From assembly GCA_027490555.1 (NCBI GenBank), contig JAIXXW010000300.1, forward strand, positions 1 through 41,464: 41,464 bases of DNA. Reading direction: 5' to 3'. The notes under the pieces were generated by a model. That model was not told where the DNA came from and did not search any database. It was given only the letters and a program-made list of their open reading frames with translations. The position numbers were made by a program, and so were the translations under genes. The stretch is from Comamonadaceae bacterium (GTDB lineage: Bacteria; Pseudomonadota; Gammaproteobacteria; Burkholderiales; Burkholderiaceae_C). Shown one piece after another: positions 1-9,500 of this stretch (the stretch's first letter is position 1; the number at the start of each line of letters is the position of its first letter).

Positions 1-2
1 TG

Positions 3-119
3 GACATCCAGCCCGGCATGACCGCATCGGTCGAGATCAAGATGGGCGAACGCAGCGTCTTGAGCTACCTGCTCAAGCCGGTGGTCAAAACCATGTCAGA
101 GTCCCTGGGCGAGCGCTGA
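3..119 (+). CDS. 3' end of HlyD-family type I secretion membrane fusion protein (partial, starts before window)
   Basis: Frame from nt 3 reads DIQPGMTASVEIKMGERSVLSYLLKPVVKTMSESLGER-stop (TGA 117-119). This is the typical HlyD/LapC C-terminus (PGMxAxVEIxxGxRxVLxYLLxP...xLxER). Not in the ORF track because it has no start in the window. Confidence 0.9.
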   Translation, partial: DIQPGMTASVEIKMGERSVLSYLLKPVVKTMSESLGER

Positions 120-125
120 GGGCGC

Positions 126-827
126 TCATCTGGGGCTGATGTTGATGGGTGAGTTCAGCCTGTAGCCATAGCCCTTGATGGCTTTGATCACGGAGTTCGG
201 GGCTCCGACATCGACCATTTTTTTCCGGACCCGGCTCAGCCGCACTTCCACGCTGGCTTTGCTGGGCAGGGATTCGGACTGTCCCAAATGTGTGGCCACT
301 TGCCACGACTGGAGTGTTTGCCCGGGTGCTCTAGCCAAAGCTTCGATGAGCTTGAGCTCACTGTGGGTCAGTGTGATCTCCCCCAGGGGGCCAGAAAGCA
401 GCGATTTGCCGGTGTGCAGGCAAATGCCGCTGGACGTGATGTCAGGGTTTCCCCTGATTCTCCGAGCCATGGCCTTGACGATCGAGCAGAGCTCGCTGGG
501 GTGGATGGGCTTGGTCAAATAAAGATCAGCACCGGTCTCGTAGCCTTGAAGGCGATCATTGATGTCCGTCATCGCGGTCAACAAAATGATGGCCGCTTCG
601 GGCTGGCTCGCCCGGATCCGCCGTGCCAAGCTGAAACCGTCTTCACCGGGCAGATTCAGATCGATCAAATAAAGATCGGGCGTCTGCTGCACCGAGTCTT
701 CGACATCCTCGGCACAGGCCAATCCTGTGCACGCATGGCCCTCACGCTGCAGGACGTCCACGAGTGCCTCACGAAGTGAATCATTGTCTTCAATGATCAA
801 AACAACCAAGGATTGCAGGGGAAACAT
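126..827 (-). CDS. OmpR/PhoB-family DNA-binding response regulator (orphan in this window)
   Basis: 233 aa. Receiver motifs IIEDN, LYLIDLNLPGEDG (phospho-Asp), LLTA, GADLYLTKP. C-terminal winged helix LTHSELKLIEAL...SVEVRLSRVRKK...IKAIKGYGYRL. Confidence 0.93.
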   Translation of the reverse strand: MFPLQSLVVLIIEDNDSLREALVDVLQREGHACTGLACAEDVEDSVQQTPDLYLIDLNLPGEDGFSLARRIRASQPEAAIILLTAMTDINDRLQGYETGADLYLTKPIHPSELCSIVKAMARRIRGNPDITSSGICLHTGKSLLSGPLGEITLTHSELKLIEALARAPGQTLQSWQVATHLGQSESLPSKASVEVRLSRVRKKMVDVGAPNSVIKAIKGYGYRLNSPINISPR

Positions 828-975
828 GGTCTGCTCGTTAAGAAAAGTTCAGGAATGATGTGACGGTTTTGATATTATGGTTGAGTAAAAGACCAAAAAT
901 GGATCCTATTCCTAATTTAGTCTTAAAAAAACATTTTTATCAATCATTTCAACTTCACAAACAAAGAGAGCGTTC
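828..975. promoter_or_regulatory. AT-rich divergent intergenic region; likely promoters for the regulator (-) and the secretion cluster (+)
   Basis: 148 bp, visibly AT-rich (e.g. ttaaaaaaacatttttatcaatcattt) between divergent starts at 827 and 976. No specific -35/-10 assigned. Confidence 0.6.
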
Positions 976-3480
976 ATGGACAAGTTTCGTTTCCCCCGTC
1001 GCGCTGTGGCCACTGCCGTTTTGTTGCTGTCCACCTACGCTGCCGCAGGTCAAGTCAATGACCTGAAAATCCAGGCCACCGATGCCGGCATCGAGTTGCA
1101 ACTGGATTCTGTGGTGGGCACTGTCCAGCGCACGGGCCTGTCCCGTGACGGACGCCACTTTGTCATTGAACTGACGGGCGTGAAGCCAGAGCAGGTGCAG
1201 GCCTTGGTGGCCAAAAATCCAAAGACTTCGGGCTTGTTGGCCGATGTCTTTGTGCGCCCCTTGGGTCAGGACGGCGCCCGTCTGGTCATTGGTTTGGGAG
1301 AAAGCGCGGCGGTTGACCGTGAAATGCTGGTCGCCAAAGGCGCGGGCCAGGTGCAAAAAGCCATCACCCTGACGCGTACCACCGTGCCTTTTGACCTCAC
1401 CGCTGCGAGCAGCCAGGTGGCCGGCAATGAGTGGCGCGCGCAGCTTCAGGGCGGGGCACAGTTCTCTGCGTCTGCGCAGCAATCCGCTGACAACAGCATC
1501 ACCCTGGTGATGGAGCAGATGACAGTGGCCCGTGCAGAGCGGGCTCTTGCAGGTCTGCGCTCTCAGGCCGACTGGGTCAAGTCTGTGGCCGTGCAGGCGC
1601 AGGGCCAGGGCGTTCGGGCGGTTGTCGAGTTCCAGCGCCCCATCGAGTTGGCCAGCACTGACCGTGCCGTGAGCCCCAATGGTGTCCAGCAGTCTTTGCG
1701 CGTGCGCAATGCCCCAGCCCTGGATGCCACTGGCATTGCCGGGGTGAAAGTCAAGGCCATTGAGGCCAGAGTGGGCAGCGGTGCGGCCAATGTGATGTTG
1801 GTCGGCGCGGTCGGTTTGGAGGCCAGAGCCTTGCCCGGAGCAACATCCCAAGAAGTACGCCTGAGCTTGCGCGGCGTGAACCGCAAGCGTGCCGATGAGC
1901 TGGTGGCCGATTTCCGTCCCACACATCCCGATGTCGTGGGTGCCACGGTCGTCTCGGGTGACCAGCGCTCCAGTGTCATTGCCATCCGTTTGGCCCGCCC
2001 GATGACGGGTGAGGCCGTGGTGCAAGCGCAAGCCAATGGCGATGTCAGCGTGCGCCTGGGCGCGCCCACGGCCATGGCCGCCAGAACAACTGCGGCCACG
2101 CCAGTGCCTCAGGCCGCTGCGCCCAGTGTTTCTGCCAAGGCCATCGTTTTGGCGCCCGTGGCTCCGCCGGATGCGCCTGCCTCAGCCGCTGCCGCTGCGC
2201 CCGCCAAAACCCTCGCTTTGATGGATGCATTGACCCTGGCCGAGGCCAAGGACCCCAAACTTTCTGCCGCCCGCAGTGAATTGGCCGCCAAGCTGGAGAC
2301 CAAAGCACAAGCGCGTGCCGGTTACATGCCTAAAGTGGTTCTGGACGCGGCAACCAACCGCGTTGACCAAAGTACGTCCCCCTTTGCCGTTTCCACCACT
2401 TCGCAGCGTAACTTCAACACCCGCAATGCCTCACTGACCATCACCCAGCCTGTCGTGCGTTTGGCCGCTGGTGTCCAAATCACCCAATCGGAGCGCATCG
2501 CTGAGCAGGCCCGACTGACTTTTGCTGCCAGTGAGCAAGATTTGTTGGTTCGTTTGTCGGCCGCCTACTTGAGCGTGATGGCGGCCCAAGATGGTGTCAA
2601 CGTGGCGCGCGCCGAGCGCGAAGCGTTGGAAAAGCAATACCAGTTGGCAGTGACCCGTCAACGCTCGGGTTTGGCCAACGTGACTGAAATCAGCGACACG
2701 GAAGCACGCTTCGCTGTCAGCAAAGCACGCGAAATTGAAGCTGCCAACAACTTGGCCGATGCCCGCATGGCTTTGCGCGAGATTGTCGGCACCGACATCG
2801 GTGAAATCAAAGCCGTGGTGCGCGAATTTGTCGCGGTCATGCCCACCCCCAGCGACCCTGAAGCATGGAAAGCCGCTGCCCTTCAGCAAAACCTGAATGT
2901 CATGGCCCGCCAGCGCGCCAGCGAAGTGGCCATGCTGGAAGTCCGCAAACAGCAATCTGCCTATGCCCCGACGGTGGATGTGGTCGCTTCCGCCAACAAC
3001 AGCCGTCAGGGTGACTTCTTGGCAGGCGGCTCCTTCACGGGTGGTTTCAGCTCGCAAGGCAATACCGTGGGTGTGCGCATGAACTGGCCCTTGTTTGAAG
3101 GTGGCATGACCCAGTCGCAGGTGCGTGAAGCCACAGCGCGGCTGAACAAGGCGGACCAGGAACTTGAGGCCGAGCGTCTGGCTGCAGAGCGTCAGGCTGC
3201 TTCTTCCTTGCTGTCGGTCAGTGCCAGCTCGCGATTGATAGAAGCCTTGCGCGCCTCTTTGACAGCCCAGGAGACCGCATTGGCCGCCAAGACCCGGGGC
3301 ATGGAGGCGGGCCTCTTCAGCGTCGTGCAAGTGGCCGATGCCTACCGTCTGATGTTCTCGGCCCAACGCGACTTTCTGAAGGCGCGTTATGACTATTTGC
3401 TCAACCGCGTCAAGCTCAAGCAATCCATTGGTGCCCTGACTCGCCAGGATGTCGCGGACATCGCTGAATTGATCAACTGA
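976..3480 (+). CDS. TolC-family outer membrane channel with ~400-aa N-terminal extension (three AMIN-like repeats + Pro/Ala linker)
   Basis: Sec signal MDKFRFPRRAVATAVLLLSTYAAA. C-terminal ~430 aa is TolC-like (LMDALTLAEAKDPKLSAAR, QARAGYMPKV, AYAPTVDV, GVRMNWPLFEGG, ARYDYLLNRVKLKQSIG). The N-terminal part has three ~110-aa units with AMIN-like strands (RHFVIELTGV...GARLVIGL; ITLVMEQM...GVRAVVEF; VRLSLRGV...SVIAIRL). Confidence 0.88.
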   Translation: MDKFRFPRRAVATAVLLLSTYAAAGQVNDLKIQATDAGIELQLDSVVGTVQRTGLSRDGRHFVIELTGVKPEQVQALVAKNPKTSGLLADVFVRPLGQDGARLVIGLGESAAVDREMLVAKGAGQVQKAITLTRTTVPFDLTAASSQVAGNEWRAQLQGGAQFSASAQQSADNSITLVMEQMTVARAERALAGLRSQADWVKSVAVQAQGQGVRAVVEFQRPIELASTDRAVSPNGVQQSLRVRNAPALDATGIAGVKVKAIEARVGSGAANVMLVGAVGLEARALPGATSQEVRLSLRGVNRKRADELVADFRPTHPDVVGATVVSGDQRSSVIAIRLARPMTGEAVVQAQANGDVSVRLGAPTAMAARTTAATPVPQAAAPSVSAKAIVLAPVAPPDAPASAAAAAPAKTLALMDALTLAEAKDPKLSAARSELAAKLETKAQARAGYMPKVVLDAATNRVDQSTSPFAVSTTSQRNFNTRNASLTITQPVVRLAAGVQITQSERIAEQARLTFAASEQDLLVRLSAAYLSVMAAQDGVNVARAEREALEKQYQLAVTRQRSGLANVTEISDTEARFAVSKAREIEAANNLADARMALREIVGTDIGEIKAVVREFVAVMPTPSDPEAWKAAALQQNLNVMARQRASEVAMLEVRKQQSAYAPTVDVVASANNSRQGDFLAGGSFTGGFSSQGNTVGVRMNWPLFEGGMTQSQVREATARLNKADQELEAERLAAERQAASSLLSVSASSRLIEALRASLTAQETALAAKTRGMEAGLFSVVQVADAYRLMFSAQRDFLKARYDYLLNRVKLKQSIGALTRQDVADIAELIN

Positions 3481-3554
3481 TCACCCGACAGCACCCATTC
3501 CAGCGCAATCGCAAACCACAACAACAAGAATCCATTTCCGATTTGGAGAACTGC

Positions 3555-6500
3555 ATGCCCCCCCACATCAATGACACTACACCTGCCCAAAGACTGCGCC
3601 GTCTGCTTGGCGTCAAGGACAAAAGCCACTCGCGCGCCTTGAAGCGCCACAGGCACGGTGTCAGGGTCGATGCGCTGGAGCCTCGCGTCATGCTCTCTGC
3701 GGAGTGGATGGCCTTGCCAGGCGCTCTGGACCGGCATCAAACCTTTTTGGTGGAGCCCAATTTCCACGCTGAAGCGTCCAACACCACGTTCATGCCCTTG
3801 ATCGATGGCTTGACGCGCCAAGAGCAGGAGACGAAGTCCAACGAAGTGCTGTTTGTGGATGCGGGGGTGCAAGACAGCCAGAAGTTGGTGTCTGATTTGC
3901 TGGCTTCACGCAACAACGGCGCATCGCCCACCTTCATGGATGTGGTGGTGCTCGATGCGGCCAGCGATGGTTTGACCCAGATCGGCCAGTGGTTGTCGCA
4001 ACGCTCGGACATCCGTGCTGTGCACGTGATCAGCCACGGCAGCGATGGTGTTTTGCAAATCGGCAATTCCTTGATCGATGCGCAATTGTTGTCGGAGCGC
4101 GCGGCGGATGTGGCCGCCTGGTCTGGCGCACTCACCCAGGATGCAGACTTTCTGATTTATGGCTGTGATGTGGCGAAAACCGCCCAGGGCCAATCGATGC
4201 TCGACCAACTGGCGCGTCTGACCGGGGCCGATGTGGCCGCCTCGGTCGATGTGACCGCAGGTGTTGCGGCCGACTGGGACTTGGAGTTCCATACCGGTCT
4301 GATCGAAGCGTCGGCGCTGTCGGCCTTGAGCTACCAGCCCACTTTGGCGATCGACGCCGCCGACCTCAAGCTCAGCAATGACGACGCCAACATGGCCAAT
4401 GACAACAGCCATGTCTCTTTGCAGGAGCAATGGCTCACCGCGCTCAATGGCTTGGAAGCCGTGATCGACCAGGCCCTGTCGGATGCCTTGATCAACCAGA
4501 AGTTGCCTGGCCTGAACATGAGCGTCAACGAGATGTTGCGCCTGGACACGGCCTCCAACACTTCCGAACAATGGCTCGATTGGCAACTTGCCCAAGCGGC
4601 CAATGCTTATTTTGTGGCAGCCGCCAATGAAGGCGGTGCCGATCTGGCTGGACTGGCCGAGGCCATCGAGACCCGCATCAAAGACTTGCTGCTGCCCACC
4701 GGCACCACCCAATTGCCGTGGGTGATCAATGTGTCTGCCCAAGTGGTGGACGCCAATGGCACGCCCACAGCCCGACTGACCTTGGATGTGTCGGTGCTGG
4801 TGAACGACAGCCTGCCTTTTGCCAAAGGCACGGCAGGCCAAGAGGGCGGTATCCCCACGATTGCCAACTTTGACGGCACCGAAATGGGTTCCTTGTCCAC
4901 CCGTGTCAGCGCAGTGCTGCTCACACGCATCGACATGGCCATGGCCAACTTGGCTTCCGGCGCAGCGGGCGCGAATTTTCTGTACGAGGGGCAAGCCAAC
5001 GGCACGGTGGCAGCCAACTTGGCGACCCGTTTGGTGTTGGAGCGATTTGATCTCGGCGTTCAGGCCAAAACCGGCGCGAATGCGGCCCAAGGTTTTGGCT
5101 ATGACCTGCAGGCAGGCGTTTCGGCACGCCTGCGTGCGGCTGACGGCAGCCTGGGAGTGACCCTGGCCGACTGGCTGGCCAACGGCAACAGCCGTCTGGA
5201 CATCGCCCACCAATCCAGCCTGGTCGGCAGTGCCGCCGCTGGCACGGGCAGCAACGACCTGACACCGCTGAAGACCGACACCCAGGGCCTGATCGGCGTC
5301 TGGCAAGAAGGCCTGCTCAGGGCCCAGACGGTCAACGACATCGCCTTGACGGGGCAAGTGCGCAATGCGTTCAACAACATCCTGGATGCCATGTCGCGCC
5401 TGGGGTCGCAGATCGATGGTCAGGCCGAGTTCAACGTCACCTTGCCGATGGCGGATCTGACCTATAACCAGTTGCTCACGCTCAACGATGGCCGCTCCTT
5501 GGGTGATGTGCTGGCATTCAAACTGGCCGGTGGTGGCAATGTGCTGACGGATTATCTGGCCCGGACCAATGCGCCCACGCTGACCGGCCTGCTGGATCGC
5601 ATGCGCCAGTACCTGTCGGGCTCGGGTGATTACTCTGGTCTTGAGGCGATGATGTCGGCCGAATTGGCGGCCAGCTTTTTGAGCGCCAGCGGTTTCACCG
5701 GCCAAACAGCGACCGTGCGACTCAATGGCACGCTCAGCCGCCAGTTCATGGCGCGTTTTGCTTTCAACGGCATGCTCGACGATGTGAGCCTGGCATTCGC
5801 CCTGGGGCAAGGCGTGCCCATGGAGCAGTCGGTCGGCATCGACATGCTGTGGGCGGTCACCCTGGACAACACGACCGCGCAGGCCCAGATCACTTCCAGC
5901 ACCGTCGAGATCAACACCTTGACCGTCAATGTCGATGCTGTCGGCTCCACGGTGGCCGATGCCCAGTATCGAACCACCTCCGGCAACGAGAACCGCCTCA
6001 ACGGCATGCCCGCGCCAGCAGTCAACAACCTGGACGCTCCCGTGGTCATTGGCATGCTCGATGCCCGTTTGCAAGGTACGCTCAATTTCCAAACCGACAC
6101 CGTGGTGATCAGCGTCAATGGTGGCAATGCCATGAACATTGCCGACATCTACAGCGTGGCGCAGATCAATGACAGCCGGGCTGACGACATTGTCAGCAAT
6201 GATCGCAATGCCTTCGTGTCGTTGGGCAATTCCACCCGTTGGAATCCTCAAATTGAGAACTGGGCTCAACATTCGTGGGGCGGGTGGTACATCGCCAGTT
6301 ATGGCAACTGGGAAAGCGGTGCACCTCGCGTTTACGCCTCTGCCGATCTGACCCTGGCTGGTGATCTGGCCGGTACCCCACTGAGCATCTTGGCCGGGGC
6401 CACACCGCGCATTGTGGCGTTCCACGATGCTTACCGCGATGGCTCGTCCAGCGATTCCCGCTACGCCTACGACTGGCAAACCCTGCGCACAGTCAACAGC

Positions 6501-9500
6501 GAAGCTCTGGTGCTGAACAAGACGGGCTTTGCTGGCCTGCAGAAATTTGCGGCCATCAATGCCACGGACCTCACCCAGCTGTATGGTGATGTCGGTTATT
6601 TCCTGGAGCTACTGCGCAAGACGGATCAGTTCACCACCGCCCTGCCTTTCACCGATGTGACCTTGGGCCAGGCCGTGGACTTCTCGGCCCTGATGAACCA
6701 GTTGATCAACACCCAGTTCAAGGAGGTGGTCAATTCAGGTGTTTCAGGTACTTCGCGTGTTTCGCCTGTACTGACCCGTGATCTGGGCTTTACCCTGCGT
6801 TTGCAGCGCGAGGGTGACGCCTTTGACACCGATGTGAACGTGGTCATCCGGGCCGCCGACACAGTGGGCTTCAACGATGTGCGCCAACTCGCGGCCCTGA
6901 TCGACAAGACCGTGGCGCAGGCCATGGGCGGCATCATGCTCTACAACGCCGACGGCGATGACGTTCCGCCCTCCGGGCCGAGTGCACAGGTCACTGAACA
7001 GGTGACCGGTGGTTTGTCTGTGGCCAATACGGTCAGCCATGAAGTGCAGAAAATCAAGCTGTACGCCAGCTCGGGGGAGTATCGGGTCAGCCTCAACGGC
7101 ACCGATTGGTCGGCCCCGATCGCTGTGCATGGTTCCACCAAGGCATTGCAAAACGCCCTCGAAAGCCTGCCCGGTGTGGGCAAGGGCAATGTGCTGGTCA
7201 CTGGTATCGGCAAAAACCTGACGGTCGAGTTCGTGGGAGAACTTGACGGCCGCAACATGGATTTGTTGCGGGTGAATTTCGAGAGCAACGCCACAGCAGG
7301 TGGCTGGCTCGATGTGATTGCCACCGATTTCCAGAGCAGTGGCACCCAGCTGACAGGCATGCTCAACTTCTTTGAGAGCGTGCCCAACACCTTCAGCAAG
7401 CTCGAAATCCGGCCTACAGCCGGTGTCGCCATCGATCCGGTGCAGGAGGGCAATGCCAGCAATGATGAGATCCAACGTGTGACCATCGTGAATGGCGGCG
7501 GCGGCAGTTTCACCCTCAGCGGCAGTTTCAAATCCAAGAATTTCACGACGCAGGCCATCTCCCTTGAAGGTGCGGGTGGCTGGAGTTCACGCATCGAGAC
7601 GGCACTGCGCGCCGCCCTCGTAGATGCTGACGTGTCAGAGGAAGACAGTCAGCTGGTTTCTGTCCTGCCCGCGGTCATCTCCTTGCCCGATGGCGTGCAG
7701 GCTTTTGATGTGCGCTTTGCCGAACGCGAAGACCAGTCGCTCATGACGGCCGACTTCTCGGCCATGCTGGGTCGCAGCGGCATTGGTTTTGCTGCTTACC
7801 AGTTGCAGGCGGCCAAGCCGGGTGTGGGCGATATGCCGGGCACCAACGAGGTTCAGCGTTTGGTCTTTGACAACGTCCGAGGTGGCTTTTTCAGCCTGAC
7901 ACTGGGCCTGGCCGAGAAATTTGTCCAGACCAACGACATCGCCTGGGTGGCGGCAGACCAAACCCGCAGTGAGGAGGATGCCGCCACGCAAATGGCGCAG
8001 ACCCTCCAGACCGAAATTTTCAAGGTGCTCAAGCAGGCCGATTCGGGCCTGACCAGCGACCAGATCGAAGTGGTTGCAGTGACCGGTCTGGCCGCAGGCG
8101 TCCGAGCTTTCGATGTGCGCTTCATTGGCACGCAGGGCTTCGGTTTCTGCAACTGTGAACTTCCCGGTGACACGCTCTATCGGGGAGATTTGCAAGGCGC
8201 GGACATGCCGCAGTTCGAGGTCAACACCTACGGTTTGACCGCCACAAATGCGCGCGCCGGTCAGCAATCCCTGACGGGGCTGGGTTTTGGCGCCGGTGGT
8301 GCTGAAAGCCAGCAGGGTGAAATCACGACCTTCAGTTCTTTGATGGAGGTCATGGGGCGCGTACAGACCTTTGTCAACGCCCATCTCCCCGAGGGCACCG
8401 AGTTCAACATCGATCCGCGTTACGACGTCCAGACGCAGAGCTTCATGTTCGACCTCCAACTGACGGACGAGCGTTTGCAAAGCGTGGCGCTGTCGCTGCC
8501 TGAATCGGTGGGCGATGCGGCCGGCGGTGAGGGTGTCAGCGGCCTCGACGCCAAAGGCAGTCTGGACCTGAGCACCCGAGCGGTGTTTGAAGCCACCATT
8601 GGCATGGATTTGAGGGAATTGCTGCCCTTCGATGTGGTCGCCTCAGGCGTGCCTGTGGGCATCATCCGATCCAGCCAGCTGATCGAGATTCCCAACGTTC
8701 TCAGTGCCTCCACCGAATTCGAACTCTGGCCCACCGACATCGCTTTTGACTTGCAGGTGGACAACCGGAGCTACGCCGTCAACACGGGTGGCGGGTATGT
8801 CACGGGCACGCGCCAGACAGGCCCTGTGGGCAACCAGACCACCTACTACAGAACGTCTCTCCAGGGCATTGTCAACCGCATCAATGCGGTGCTGGACGCT
8901 ACCAATCTGGCCGACTCGGATCCGCTGTATACCCAGGGTTTTCGCCAATTGGGTCAATTGGTCAATGCCAGCATCGAAACCTTGGGGTCGGGCCGCTTTG
9001 CCATCAAGTTCACCAGCAACGGCTCCATTGAACGGTTTGGTTTGACCACCAGCCGCGACAACCTGATGGCGGAGTTGCTGGGTTTTGACACCAACAACCG
9101 CGTCTACGTGCAAGCCCCCACGGGCACCATCTTGCCTGAGGACGGCGTTCTCAGTTCGGATGCGCATTTCTCCATCGTTTTCGATGTGAATGCCCCGGCG
9201 GTGAACGTCACTGTCGACCGGGAACGCACCCTGAACAACACCAGCCGCAACGATTTGATCGCGGACATCAACCAAGTGCTGGCGACCACCTCGGTCAGCG
9301 CCAATGCCTACTTGGGCCAGTCAGGCCTGGGCTTCAGCAAGTTGGGGGAGTTGGTCAAGGTCCAGTTGACCGTGAAAAATTCGGGCACCGTCGATCAGGT
9401 TTTGCTCGGTTTCATGACACAAAGCTCCCGCATTGCCAGCATGGACATCCGTTCGGGGGGCTTTTTCGACAGCGCGAGCCAGGAGCTGGGTCTTCGCGAC

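Noticed and set aside
218-224. T7 run in the response regulator as a phase-variation tract
   Set aside because: Short, encodes Lys-Lys-Met on the coding strand, and the frame is intact.
859-880. CRP/FNR-like site (tgtga...tgata; ttgat) in the divergent promoter
   Set aside because: Only half-sites match; expected by chance in AT-rich DNA.
955-3423. Minus-strand ORFs 955-2031 and 2431-3423
   Set aside because: Antisense shadows of the TolC gene with no domain signal.
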